The notes beneath the pieces were generated by a model, which was not told where the DNA came from, ran no database searches, and worked only from the letters and a program-made list of their open reading frames with translations. The translations under genes were made by a program, and so were the position numbers. From Podarcis bocagei (taxonomy: Eukaryota), in the NCBI GenBank assembly GCA_964188305.1, contig OZ076903.1: a stretch of 64,000 nt of DNA. One strand, 5' to 3'. Shown one piece after another: positions 1-12,744 of the stretch; position 1 is the stretch's first letter, and every line of letters begins with the position of its first letter.

Positions 1-776
1 ATTCCAGAAGTGGAGGCAGGACACAGCTCAGTTCTTCTCTTCCCACAAATCCGTTCTCGTGTTAAGGGCACACAGTTGATCAAGCATGGCTTCAGCCATC
101 ATGTCTGTTTTGGCCGGCAGCACAAGGGTAATTTTCACATGGGTAGATGGCTGAAGAAAGAATGATTCCATCGCTCCTGCCCATCTCACTTGGGCTGGGC
201 AGAACCTCTTAGGTTGGAACACCAGGATAACATGGGCTGTCTCTTGCTCCCTCCCTTTGCCTCCCTCTTTGTGGAAGATCAGACAAGACGTGTAGGAGGT
301 GCTCTTCATTAGTTTGTTTAAAACCAGAAATGAAAGCTTCTGGTTTCCCCTTTGGGGCCACAAAAGAGGAAGGTTGCAGACTTGTTCACTAGTCAGAAAC
401 TATTGTTTTCCATTGCATTTGAACCAGGCACATAACCTCATAATTATGTGGAGTATTCAGAACATTCCATTTTTGGTAAATGCTTAGTAGCAAAGCATCA
501 ACCGTTACCTGAAAACATTTTTAAAGTTTCCTCGCAGGTATTTTGGAATCAAAAGGATGATCCGGCCCAAAGTGAGGCCTTTTTCTGTCCCAAAGTTCAG
601 CATGTACTTAACTCTCTCCCTTTGAAACCAATGGGACTTAAACATCAGACAAGGTTTAAAAATGTTTCATATGTTTGTATTGTCTCTTGGGCCTCTGAGT
701 CTCCAGCTGCAATGGCAACTCTGACTTGACGCACATTTCTGGGTTGCTAATGAGGGTTCTTGCTTCTTTCCTCTAG

Positions 777-823
777 GACAGAATGGTGCTGCTTGTCGTT
801 GGGAACCTAGTAAACTGGTCCTT
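777..823 (+). CDS. SIDT1: SID1 transmembrane family member 1, internal exon (DRMVLLVVGNLVNWS-F); upstream exons lie outside the window
   Basis: ctctag acceptor, gtaagt donor, 47 nt. Joins in frame as 777-823,1636-1741,2733-2843,4274-4387,5148-5210. Translation matches the vertebrate SIDT1 C-terminal TM region; position next to USF3 favours SIDT1 over SIDT2. Confidence 0.93.
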
Positions 824-1635
824 GTAAGTAGGGGGGTTTGTGGATGTTTAGCACGCTCAGGGAATACAATCAGAATGGTCTTACATGGATTAGCCCCAGA
901 AATTCCCCCCTCATATTTGAGGTTTTTTATATACTTTTGAAGCAGGAAGCTTAGAAATAATGTAAAGATTTTGCTCTCTAGTCGTTTTGTCTTCTTCTCT
1001 CCAGCCCCGGCCCGATAAATTTAAGACATTTCCCAACTATCACCCTGATTATTGTTAGTGGAGAAACCAAAGTTCCCTTAAACGCACGGTGGGGGAGCCA
1101 CTTTTAGCCTGAGGATTGGATTCAGACCTGGTCAGCCTTCTACCTCTTTGAATGGTGAGCAGGGCCAGAGCCAAAAAAGCAAATGTTGCATACTTTATTT
1201 AAATATATTTGATGTCCATTTTATGCATTTTTCATTCAATCCCCCCTTAGTTTTGGGGAGAATTGCATGTAAAATACAGGACATGTGACGTATGTAACGG
1301 ACAGGTGTCAAATGACATCACATATTTGGCAGGTGGGCGGAGTCTGCTCAGAGTTCCCTCGTCAGCCATTCAGAGGGGCCTGATCCTGCAAATTGGCCCA
1401 TGGCTGGAGGTCCCAATGCTGTAAAGGAAGACCCAATTAGAATAAGTACTAGTTGCTCCTTAATTCTATGCAAGCATCATCTTATATGCTTGACCTGCAA
1501 GATGGCAGCATCCCTCTTCAGTATGTACAGTGTGGGTGGCGGGTGATATTGGTATCATGAGCTATGTACCAGGATGGCAAGTTATGGGGGCATGCACCTT
1601 GGATAAACATAACCCTTGTCCTTTTCCTTTCTTAG

Positions 1636-1741
1636 TGCCATTTTTGGACTGGTATATCGGCCGAAAGACTTTGCCTCCTACATGCTGGGCATCTTCATTT
1701 GCAATCTTCTGCTGTATCTTGCTTTCTACGTCATCATGAAG
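1636..1741 (+). CDS. SIDT1: SIDT1 exon ([35 protein letters not shown])
   Basis: cttag acceptor, gtaaag donor; phases match the neighbouring exons; typical SIDT DFASY segment. Confidence 0.95.
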
Positions 1742-2732
1742 GTAAAGGAGTATCACCTGCAGCTCTTTCCTGTCATTATTGTGAGAACTTGAACAACTAG
1801 CTCTCATACGCAAGCCCAAAAGATGCATTGCGTGAACTTACCAGTTCTACCTGTCTTGTGTCAAACTATAGCAACGCAGGGCGTGTTTCTCAAGTCTTAT
1901 GGATAATAAGTTTTATTGAGTTTTCGCTTTACAAATGAATGGCTGTCGTTGAACACACAAACTAGCATAGTCCCCAATCTGTGTGATAGATTCCCCAAAG
2001 AGAGAGTTATTAAAACTAAAGCTGTATCTCTCCAAGAAGACTGGGAATTTGGGGGAGGGGGCTGTTTTTTTTGTTATTTTTGACCAATAACCACATTAAA
2101 TTAAATTTATCATGTTTTGCCACCTTTCGCTATTTTGTGTTGTGCCAATTTGTGTCAAAGTGCTATCTCCCATATTATGTCATAGCACGTATTTGCAAGA
2201 AGGCAATTTTAGATTGAACACTTTGCTGGGCTATAATTACCTACTGCACGCCCACTCTAGTGGTAGATCTACTTTCTGAGGCTCCACCGAAGATGTCATG
2301 GGGATTATTGGATTCCTGTTGAAAAGGTAAATCCCTTGCTACGAATTCCAGTTTTCTGTGGTTCCAGGAGGCTATTCCTAACCCTTAGAAGAGCACTACT
2401 CTTGGACAGGAGGCAGAACCAAACACCTGGTTCTTCTTCCTCCAGGGTAACTCTCCCGTAGCCATGGGGTTCCCATGGCCATCTGGCAACTGGCATTGCC
2501 AAGACACCACAATATGAAAAGTAACTTCCAGCAAATTGAAGCACATTTTTATCACTCTAGGTTCAAATCAATGACTGGCAGAAAAGAAGCAGCAGCAGCA
2601 GCAGCACAGATTTGTTTGGGTGGGGATCCAAGTCTTTATGATGCACCCCTTTGGCTTAAATGTTCTCCTGGGAAGTGTCTGCTCAAATATCATTTATTTG
2701 AGGGGATTATTTTGATGTTTTTCCCTTTTCAG

Positions 2733-2843
2733 CTCCGCAGCTCAGAGCGGCTTCTGCTCATCCCTCTATTCTGCATTGTGGCCACAGCCGTGGTTTGGGC
2801 TGCAGCCCTTTATTTCTTCTTCCAAAACCTTAGCAGCTGGGAG
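2733..2843 (+). CDS. SIDT1: SIDT1 exon ([37 protein letters not shown])
   Basis: ttttcag acceptor, gtaggt donor, 111 nt; lies inside ORF 2475..2921. Confidence 0.95.
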
Positions 2844-4273
2844 GTAGGTTTCCTCATTTGTTGCCCTCTCTTGCGCTTCAGGCACAAAATACATAAATTT
2901 AGAAATACAGTGTATAATTGATTTCCTCCAAGCTTTCTAACGCTTGCAATACTCACAAATTTCCAAAATGATCTTAACTGCCCAAAGCCACCCTCCACAG
3001 CCCTATAATAACAATAGAAACCTGCACATGATCCACATACTTAAAGTTTAATCCCTGGGATTTCTGTTAAATTCTGTTCTGTTCTTCTGTTAAAGAAGAT
3101 CTTGGGGAAAGAATTTGGCAAGAGTTGTGCTGGAGATCTTGAATAACTGCTGCCAGGCATTAGGCTAGATGGGCAAGGCCTTCCGGGACTGTCTGCTTGG
3201 CATGGCCTTTGCAATCTTGAAGACTTACTGCAGTAAACAGCTGCAGGTATTGCAGCAGCAGCCTGGTTGCTGTAACTCTTTATTTGCTCTGCCTTCCAAT
3301 TTGAATCCATGTCTTCAGACTTGCATCTCAAGCTCCTGGGCAACGTTTTATTTCTGTGTTGTTTCAAATGCTGCGACACACCAAATATTAACGAGAACCA
3401 GTTGTGCAGAACTTGCCCTTTGTTTACGCAGAGTTGTCCCCCTCATGCTCTTGGGAGGTCTGTGAACAAGTTTATAGAATGTACCCAATATCCTTGCTAT
3501 TCAGGATTGCAGGCATGAGTGGGGTTTGCAGCCAAATGCACCGGGCATCCATGGAAGTGATAATCTTACAACTTCGCCTCTCTCCAAGCACTACAGGAAT
3601 GATAGTGTTGCAAGCAACGAGAGCTGTTGCACAGGCATCCCCATGAACATATATGAAAACCACACGACCCCAGAAACCCGGAAGTGGGGGGGAAAGACTT
3701 GAAGAGCCTCAACCAAGCTCTGCCTCGTGAGTCGGAGGTGCAGCGGGGCTTGGCTCTTCATCCTCTTGGCTAACAGCTGAGGCACAGAAAAGCAGGTGGT
3801 GCTGCTGCTCCAGTTCCTGTGCATCAGCTGTTAGCCAAAAAGCCCCCGTGTGCTTCTTGGCTTGTGAGGAGACCCTCCCCGGAGCCCAAAGAGGACATCC
3901 CGTTTAGGCTCCGGGGAAGGTCTCCTCACGAGCTGGAGGCGCCGTGGGGTCCTCATTTCACTTCTGCATGCAGGGGGGCAGAACATAATCCACGTGTAAA
4001 TGGAGAGTTGCCTGTCTTCTAGTCAGCCCCAGTAGTCAAGGGATACGATACTGCCAATGGTTTGCTGAAGATTAACCAGGCCTCTTCCAAAGTCATGATT
4101 ATCTGCTGAAGGCATTGTGGCATATATCCCCCTCTCCCCCCCCCCAATATTTTCCCCCTGCTTCTGGGAGGGTGGGGAGCACACATCTGTTAGGAATTTC
4201 TCTACAGCACCAGAAAGACAGAACTTTTGAGACCGAGCTGGAATTCACTGCCTGTGCCCATTTTTTTCTGTAG

Positions 4274-4387
4274 GAAACTCCCGCAGAGTCCCGAGAGATA
4301 AACCGCCCGTGTATCCTTCTGGGATTCTTTGATGATCATGATGTCTGGCACTTCCTCTCAGCAGCTGCACTGTTCTTCTCCTTCTTG
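4274..4387 (+). CDS. SIDT1: SIDT1 exon ([38 protein letters not shown])
   Basis: tgtag acceptor, gtgagg donor, 114 nt; carries the DDHDxWH metal-binding motif of the SID-1/CREST superfamily. Confidence 0.96.
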
Positions 4388-4535
4388 GTGAGGTTTTCCT
4401 TAAAGTCCCTCTATCAATGTTATGCTGGATAGGCCTCCTGTCTCACCTGGATCCATGTCATAGCACACTCAGTGCATTCCCACACATTACCTTAAATACT
4501 TGTTGCAGTTTTAATGGACATGCAGGTCAGACTTA

Positions 4536-4777
4536 CAGTGGCACCTCAGGTTACATACGCTTCAGGTTACATACGCTTCAGGTTACAGGCTCTGCTAAGC
4601 CAGAAATAGTACCTCAGGTTAAGAACTTTGCTTCAGGATGAGAACAGAAATCGTGCTCCGGTGGCGCAGTGGCAGCAGGAGGCCCCATTAGCTAAAGTGG
4701 TGCTTCAGGTTAAGAACAGTTTCAGGTTAAGTACGGACCTCCGGAACGAATTAAGTACTTAACCTGAGGTACCACTG
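4536..4777. mobile_element. Tc1/mariner (pogo/Tigger-like) MITE, family A
   Basis: TA-flanked CAGTGG(C/T)ACCTCAGGTT terminal inverted repeats; same family recurs several times in the window. Confidence 0.85.
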
Positions 4778-4835
4778 TACTCATTTCCTGCTTAAAATAA
4801 TCACACAAGAGAAACACAAAGATCATTTACTTCCA

Positions 4836-4924
4836 TCCCCTGCAGTGCAGGAATCTTTCATCCAACACGGGCCTTGAACCCATGACCTTGACATGAGGAG
4901 TCGCATGTTGTATCAACTAAGCTA
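4836..4924 (-). mobile_element. Degenerate SINE: tRNA-Lys-like head fused to a CR1 3' tail
   Basis: Minus strand reads tagcttagttgatac...gggttcaaggcccgtgttgg then attcctgcactgcagggg, the same tail as the CR1 end at 59908-60026. Confidence 0.55.
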
Positions 4925-5147
4925 CCTCCCCACCGTTATTTCTTCCCAAAGGTTGGTGGGAGTGGGCAACACCATCTAGAAACTGAAAGGTTCCTTTTTT
5001 CTGGGGCATCAGGGGTGTTGTCTCTGCTTCCGCAGGAGGCTGAGTAGACCTTTGCCTGCCTGCTTTGGGGTTTCCTGACACGGGAGAGTGTGTTCTGCAG
5101 AACCACCCAGAAGACCAGACTCCAATCTCTGCCCTGCTTTGTTCCAG

Positions 5148-5210
5148 GTCCTGTTGACTCTGGATGACGACTTGGATTCTGTGCGGAGAGACAAGATACC
5201 CGTTTTCTGA
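5148..5210 (+). CDS. SIDT1: SIDT1 last coding exon (VLLTLDDDLDSVRRDKIPVF*)
   Basis: ttccag acceptor; TGA at 5208-5210; IPVF end as in SIDT1. Confidence 0.96.
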   Translation, partial: VLLTLDDDLDSVRRDKIPVF

Positions 5211-5482
5211 ACCGCAGGCAGTTTTGGCGTTGCTTGCTCAAACCCATTGTGTTGCCAGCCCTGGACAGTTGACGGAAAACAAACTTGTCAGTGTACACAA
5301 AGCGCATCAAGTACACACTGGGAAGAAACGTGTTCAACTGGCAAATGAGGAAGACCTGAACAGAGGACAGGAATCTTTTTGCAACTGGAGGGCTCAGGCT
5401 TGTATGCCAGAGTGTTGGTAGAAAGTAAAGAGATGAGAATAATTATCTGGGGGTTCAGATCTTTTTCAGCCATCTGATGAAG

Positions 5483-5488
5483 AATAAA
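5483..5488 (+). terminator. SIDT1: Candidate SIDT1 polyadenylation signal (AATAAA)
   Basis: First AATAAA after the SIDT1 stop codon; use not shown. Confidence 0.4.
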
Positions 5489-7429
5489 ATTTACTCCCCA
5501 ATGTGAATTTTAGTGGTGGAACTTACGCTTCCACTCACTGCCTGGAAACAGCGGGTATAAGTGCAATAGTGTTGAGACTTGAGAGATCTCTTGTATTGAA
5601 AAATCAAGCATGTATTAGCCATTGATAGTTCTTAGTCTGATTCTCCCGATGTTTATGGTAAGCTGTTACCCTTTTTACTACTCATACCCAACTGCTTAAT
5701 TTATCACTATTAGTTTACAATGGAGCAGCATCCTATCTGCTCCTGTACAGGAACGCTTTGACCCCACCCTGGTCTGCCAATAACAGCCCACCACCATTTT
5801 CTTTAAATTCCGATTTAAAAATTACACACACCCTGTACCCTTCTTCCTCAGAGAGTTATTTCTTGGCTAATTTGAATAGCACAGCTGGAAGGGAAAAGCA
5901 CACGCCTCAAAAAGGAGCTTTCCAATCTGGGCTACAGGTGTTCTCTTCCTCATCCACAATCTGCCACTCCTCTCCCTGCCATCATGTTATTATTTAGAAA
6001 GCCATTTTTCAGGCCCCTTGAACTGAAATGACAGTGTTGGTTCTGTTCTCAAAGAGGGTAAAAGGCTCTGAAGTGTTACGATACTTCAAGGTCTAGGAGT
6101 CCCCTCTCTCTTCTGGCTGTTGCTGCAGCAGACTGCTCATGAATTCTTTTCCGAAAGCTGCAATTATTAACATTTGCTGTGAATGCCAAATTTTCTTAAG
6201 TATGCCTTTCTCTTGAGAAGAGGAAGAGGAACGGTTTTAGGAAGCAACTCTTACATTTTTCCTAAATTGCTTTATTTTAGATTATACATAGCAGGGCACT
6301 GCGTTTCTTGTTTGCCCCCTGCTCTGCTAAATTTTTGAATGAAAAGTTGGCTCACTATGACTAGGTAAGGCAGTAATTATTCCAAAAGTGTATCGATCGA
6401 ATCTACCAAAATATCTGCCCATTCTGCTGTTAATTCTTAAACCAGCTATTAAACCAGCTCAGACTGTGCTGTCTGCTTACCTGGGCAAAAGTACTTTTGT
6501 ATCAAAGTACCAGGTGCTGAAATGCTGCACTGATGTGTTTTACAATGTCGTCGTGTCAAATGCAATCAAATGTTTAAAAGAAACCTGAGAACTCAAAACA
6601 AGATTGGTTCCAAACCCACCCAAAGCTTCTTCTGCACCCCTAACTTGTACCTCCTCCATGTCTGCTGCCTGGAGGTTGAACTCAAGAGTCTGGAGAGACG
6701 GTATTCTTGAACCCCTTTTCAAATCCTTATCAACCTTTGTATTTCATAAAACTTGTGGCCAGCAATGGACAGTGTGAGGTGGAAAGGCTCCGTTTCAAAT
6801 TCCACCTCGGACATAAACTTGGTAGCTGTGGGCACAATTCTGTCTCTGAGACTCAGGACGCCTTCCATTGTCAATGGCTAAAATATCAGCCTGCCCTTCA
6901 GCTAAGAACTTTTGACAGAATGTAAGTGAAGCACTGTTGTTACTTTATATGTATTATACATTGCATTTTTTCAGGGTTCCATTACCTAAATAGATGTTTA
7001 AACACTAGTTTCCTTGTGCTTTTGATTTGTAAGTTTAGAGCCTTTCATTTCATGTTCATGCCAGTCTTTTCTTCTTTCTTTAAAAGCACAGTCCAAATAC
7101 TGAACAGACCAAGCATATGCTATAAAGTTCTAAAAGGAAGGGAACCCAGGAGAATAGGCCAAATCAGGCTGTTTCTTTTGGTCTCATCCCCCCAAACCTT
7201 TAGCCAGAGTTGGGGTGACAGGCAGAATTTGGATCAGCTAGTCAAAGTTGCTAACAGATAAAAAAGGAACATGAGAGTATATGGACCCAGTTTGTAAACA
7301 TAGAGGCGTTCTTAAGTGAAACTTGCTAGCCGATTTAAAATGATAAATCCATCTACAATGCAGAAGTAGGCAGATCAAAGAAGTTAAAATTAGTTAAAAA
7401 CCACAAAAAGAATTTCTTGACTTTAAATT

Positions 7430-10400
7430 CTTTACATTTTTCTTTAAAAAATTACAGTTTATAAACTTTGGCTGCAACTTGCAGCCAGGATTTAAGCACA
7501 GGATCACAGGCATTGGGGTTTTTTTCCTGGAAGGGGGACAGGAAGTGGAACTAGAAAGTATCTAGAGTACGCAAAAATGAAAGTACACAAACTGTACATT
7601 TTTAAAATAAAATACCATTTTGTTCGTATCTATACAATTTTTACAATCAATAAATTGTTACATTTAATAAAAATCTGAGACCTTTCATCAAAACCACTGT
7701 TGTAAATATTTACATCTGAATGCGACGAATTTGTAAAAAGATGTCAAAATAAATGGAACAAAATCTTATTTACAATCATTTGTGTGCCTGATCAGCATCA
7801 CCACACATTTCTGTACTAGGGCTTGAAAGAATCTAGAGGCTGTATGTAGGATTTTAGGGGATGCACTGCAGAAAAACTGTGGCGCAAATCAAGGGAATAC
7901 ATTTGTTACTTTCAAGAGAAGAGGGAAGCGTCGCTCACTCTGAGTTGTTTAAGGGAATCATAAGGGGATGTCCGCTTCTGGCTTGGAGATGAAGCAATCT
8001 ACCAAAGCTGGATGCCACACAACCTATAATCTGTATGGTATCCAGTTTTCCATAATTGCTCCCATTAAAAGGGGCTGTCTCCTTGCACCCAGCAGAAACA
8101 ATACAAGATGTGATATGCACACTCCGTTAAAGCTTCTATATTTACATGCAACTCACTTGCATGTGATCGTGAGAACAGCACAATGGTTCATGTGTCCAGT
8201 CTGGTATCCCATTGGACCTACAAACTGCCAAGTGTTGCTTTTTTAAAGCTCCCTTAAGCAGTGCTGGTTAGAAGGTCGCGCATAACGCAAAAGATCTTGA
8301 TAAGATTACAAAATTGGACAGCAATGTTACTAAACTGGACAGCGGTATTAAGAAAATAAAGCTAAGAGATTATGAATCAAATGGCTTGCTAGTACATAAC
8401 AGACCAATTTGTTCAGCACATTCTGCAAAGGAGAGAGAGAAGATCTCTGCACGTTGGCTCTTTAGTGAAGAACACGACCGCCTGAAAGCAGGAGATAAGA
8501 TGCGATTGAATTTATGGGCTTTGTATCAGTTTGTACTCCAAGGATTCTACTGAGACATGACAATTTTCGGCTAAACGGAACTCCCTGCGATCACTCAAGC
8601 TCCTCCAGCACTTATGACAGCAAAACTGCCACCGCAGACAATGTCAAGACAGACATTTTAAAAATGTCTTAACAGCACTAAGGTTCACATTAGCAGCTAT
8701 CTACCACAGTTGTGTCTACCAGAAAGTCCTTGTAAGAAGATTCAATATAGGTAAAGCCCACAGAAGTGGTTGATCTATTAGCTTATACCACAGAACACAC
8801 TGAACGGTTTAGCAGTCTTAATTTTTTCCTTCGTCAGAAAAGTGGGAAATAGACACCAATTTACAGAATTTAAAACATACACCCTCCCAGTTCTGTAGAT
8901 GTCTTGCTAACTTGATGGCGGAGGCAGAACTAAAATAAAAACCCTGGGGAGGGAAGGGGAGGGTCACAATAGATATTGGCTCAGAAGAAAACATGCAGAA
9001 GCCTTTTCTCATATTGAATGGCCTGTTTTCCTCCCTTCCCCATTCTCTGCACTTAAACCACATCTAACCAGTTTACAGAATCCCCAACCTAAGCACAGCC
9101 TTTTGCATAGAAATGAACCTCTATGACAAATATAAAATCGTATAAAGGTAACCCAGGAAAACTAGGATTCTAACTTGCCATGTTTGTCTTGGAAAGTCAC
9201 TCTTTAAGTTTCCTCAGCTCCTCATTATTTGAGTGTTTAACCTCAATTCCTCTGATGCAAAATGATAAGAAATCTGATTCTTCTCAATACTAGGAGTACC
9301 ACTAACTGTATAGCACAACCAACTAAAAACGGGGGGTGGAAGGTGGCTTAACAATGTAAGTTATAGAACAGTGAGGCAATACCAACGCAGTGTCAAGGCA
9401 CAACATCATAATTTCTATAAAGTAGCAGTTTTCTTTCCCTTCCGTTTTCAAAACCAGAATATTTTTTTGAAAAACCAGTGTGTACTAATTATGAATAATT
9501 TTTAAAAAGTTAATGTTCATAGTTCATAGTTCCATAAAGTTTGTATCAGTCTGTATCAGACCATAAAGTTTGTATCAGACACTGCAGACCTTTTCAAGTG
9601 CTTCAAGACCTTTTCAAGTGCTTTAAAAAAATACTTGACTAACCAATGCAACACAGAGCTCTCCATTTTCACTGGGACAAAACAGAAACTTGGCATGTGT
9701 AGACAAGTAGCACAGCAAAGTGCCCCTTCTACCCCCTGGCATGGGGCCCACAACAGAAAAGAGTTAACCTGCTATGTCCTCTTTCATTACAGAATTAAAT
9801 TACTTGTAGCAATTTCAGGAATTTGATGTGAATGCTGTCCTAGGCTCCTTCAGTAGAGTGTGTTATAAATTTAGCAAATAATAATTGATTTGAATTTTTA
9901 ACTTTTCTATCGACAACCAAGGTAGTCCTTCTGATTTCTGCACTACAAAAAAACCCCTCAAACACAATTAGTGCATGTCTAACAAACTTAAACAGGCTGA
10001 ATAGTTAAGGATTTTTAAGGGGTCTTGTAGCTTTTTGGGGGGAGCAGAACACTAAGGAACAACTCCACCTCCTTAGGAAATGAGTTATGTGGAGTAAGGC
10101 ATGTCAAATACACCACTTTTACTTATTAATCATGGCAAATGACAAGACTTTTATGCAGCAAGAGATAAAGTCTTCGAAGAAATAGTCAGATGTTCATTTC
10201 AGACATTATCCAAGTGATATTATCAGAAACTCAGAGACAATTCTATGACATCTCTTAAGTAGTTAAATCGTACAACACAGAGAAGTCTCCAAACTGAACC
10301 AAGTAGCTGGAATGATGTATGGAATGAAGAATCCAAATAACTTGTTACTTGACAATTGCTTTTGAAAAAATTATGCCAGGAATCCATGTGTTTTTGATGT

Positions 10401-12744
10401 CTGCACATACATACATATGTCTTATCATGCTAGTATGCCCTTTGAAAATAATTACTGTATCCACCCTTTTCTTGAGACAATATATATGGAATCGAGCTCT
10501 TGATTACAACTATGGTAGCATACATTCTTTCACAGTGATGAATTCCCCAAGCACTTGGAGACCCAGAGAATGACCCTGCTAAGCCAATGAACTGAAATCA
10601 CCATGAGGCTGGATGCTTCCCAACACACTGTGCACAAACTATGGCCAACTATGGTTCGCAGTTTTAAAAATAATCTGGATGCCCTAGGGTTCTAAGTTTA
10701 CCTTCACACACTGGATTCTAAGAGGAAACGGCTTGTTTTGCCATTGCTGATGGACAAAAATGTATGTTATGTGGCAGCTACTATAGCTGGAGTTAGAAGA
10801 AAGCAACAAGCCATGGGTCCTACCCTGAAAAGGTGAGCCAAGAGGATAGCATTTTGAAGCACATAAGGACACTTGAACTCCAGGGCAAACTGAAGGCACA
10901 TCCTTCAAAGCAGAAATATGCTATTATAAATCAATGGTAAGCTTGCACACCCTTCTTTTAGATGTACACAGAAAGTCAAAGTCCAAGATTCAAGTTCCCT
11001 CGGTTTTCAGGCATGTGTCACGCAGGTTCATGGAAGCTGTTCTGTCTTACCTTACCCTTTGTGAATCAGCCACTGCAATACTAGGAAGCTAACTTGGCCA
11101 AGTGAACCTTCTGGGGTACTCATTAGAAAGCTGAGCTTGTGGATATTCCCACAGTTCTGATTCTGACCAAGCCAGCCACTTCAGATTTCCCACTGGAGAT
11201 TAAAAATTCCCATGAGGACCCCTGTTCTGAGACAGGAGGCCCTAAAAGCAACTGGTGTTGCTGAGGACATTGTTGAATCGCTATTCCGAGACAGACCCAC
11301 GCTGTAACTTCAGCACATTTACTAAGCAATGACTATATACTATACCCATTCTAAGATCCCTTTATATGCTACCTCTAAGGTTCTTCTTGGCTATCTAATT
11401 GCCTAAGTTTTTTCCACCTTAAGTCCCACAAAAAGTTAGCAATCACCAAGGGATCGCCCAGGCCAATTTTTTTTACTGCCAGGGTCACAGCCTGGCTACC
11501 ATCAGCTGAGGAAGACTCTTTGAAACAATATTGCTGTATGTTTTAAACTATCCAAAAGGGTGCAAAAAAGAAAAAAGCATTTGTAACAATTACAAGAGAA
11601 AATGAGCCATTCACCTGTTACTTGCCACATTTCATCTATGAAGTTACTGACAAGTGCTTCTCCGCTGTAACTTTGCCTCATCAAGACCATCCCATTTTGC
11701 TAAGTGCTCAAAACTTCACACACTCCTCTTTCTGTTCCCAGCAAAGAGTTTCTGGACAGAAGGTGCTTTGTAAGTGCAAACCAATACATTTAAATAAGCA
11801 CTTAATACTAATGTTGTATTTGCCTACAGTTTCACCCAACAATATTTGTCACACAATATGTTCCTATTACATGCTCTCAGGTTACAAGGGTTATCTGAGG
11901 GAAAAGGAAAGAAAAACATTACAATGGTAAAAATGGAGATAATTCCCCTCCTCAAAAAAGTGATAAGCAGGACATAAAAAGGATACCCTGAGAAACTCAC
12001 AGCATACAAGCTGCGGGGGAGAAATCAACATGTATGAACTGAACTGAACATAAATGGTTTTTAAAAAAATTCTATGGATTGTTAGCAGAAACAATGCTAA
12101 AAATAAAAGCCTCAGGAGGAGAGCATTAAACTATATGTTTCAGAAGAGAGGCAGTATTTCCCATTACACGATACGTTAATACAGTTCCTCAGAAGCTAGG
12201 CATAGCACTAAGCTTTAAATGCCCGTCAGAAATTATCACATGAAGTCAGCCCTATGAAATATGTCTATGATAAACTTCAACACAAATAGTAAAAGTGATC
12301 TAGTGTGCATTGACTCAAAACCTTTGTACCAATTTGAGATGTGTTTGAGACCCTCACGTATCTACTTCCTGGGCAAAAAAGAAAAATCACTCTCCAAGAA
12401 CTATAAATGCAACTCTTCAGTTTCCCTGGACTTAATTTTGCACAAGGCTCATCTTGGCACAGGGGGTGATGATCTGGAACTCTGTTAAGACAGATCAAGG
12501 TGTTGGATTCTTACTCTTACTAGTAAGCATTGAGATAGGCACCTGCTACTTTAGCAACACGGGTATGTAGAAATACAGAAGCACCTGCTATTGTATATAT
12601 ACTCCCCACAAACAGTGATGCTTCGAGTGGTCTTTTCAAGGATGGCAATCCCAAATGCATACATGGACACATGCATGTATATACACAAATATGCATACTA
12701 CACACATAAAACAATTCACCATTCTAACTCCTGGCCACTACATT
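7430..12744 (-). other. USF3: Probable long 3' UTR of USF3 (distal end uncertain)
   Basis: About 5 kb with no recognisable transposon downstream of the stop, ending in a U-rich, UGUA-rich block at ~7430-7780 on the minus strand with ATTAAA near 7663. Confidence 0.45.

Noticed and set aside
28-363. 111-aa minus-strand ORF in a SIDT1 intron
   Set aside because: Non-ATG start, no recognisable family, no supporting exon structure.
3404-4022. Overlapping short ORFs in a moderately GC-rich SIDT1 intron segment
   Set aside because: Extending the minus-strand frame by hand hit a stop and nothing resembled a known protein; a decayed element cannot be excluded.
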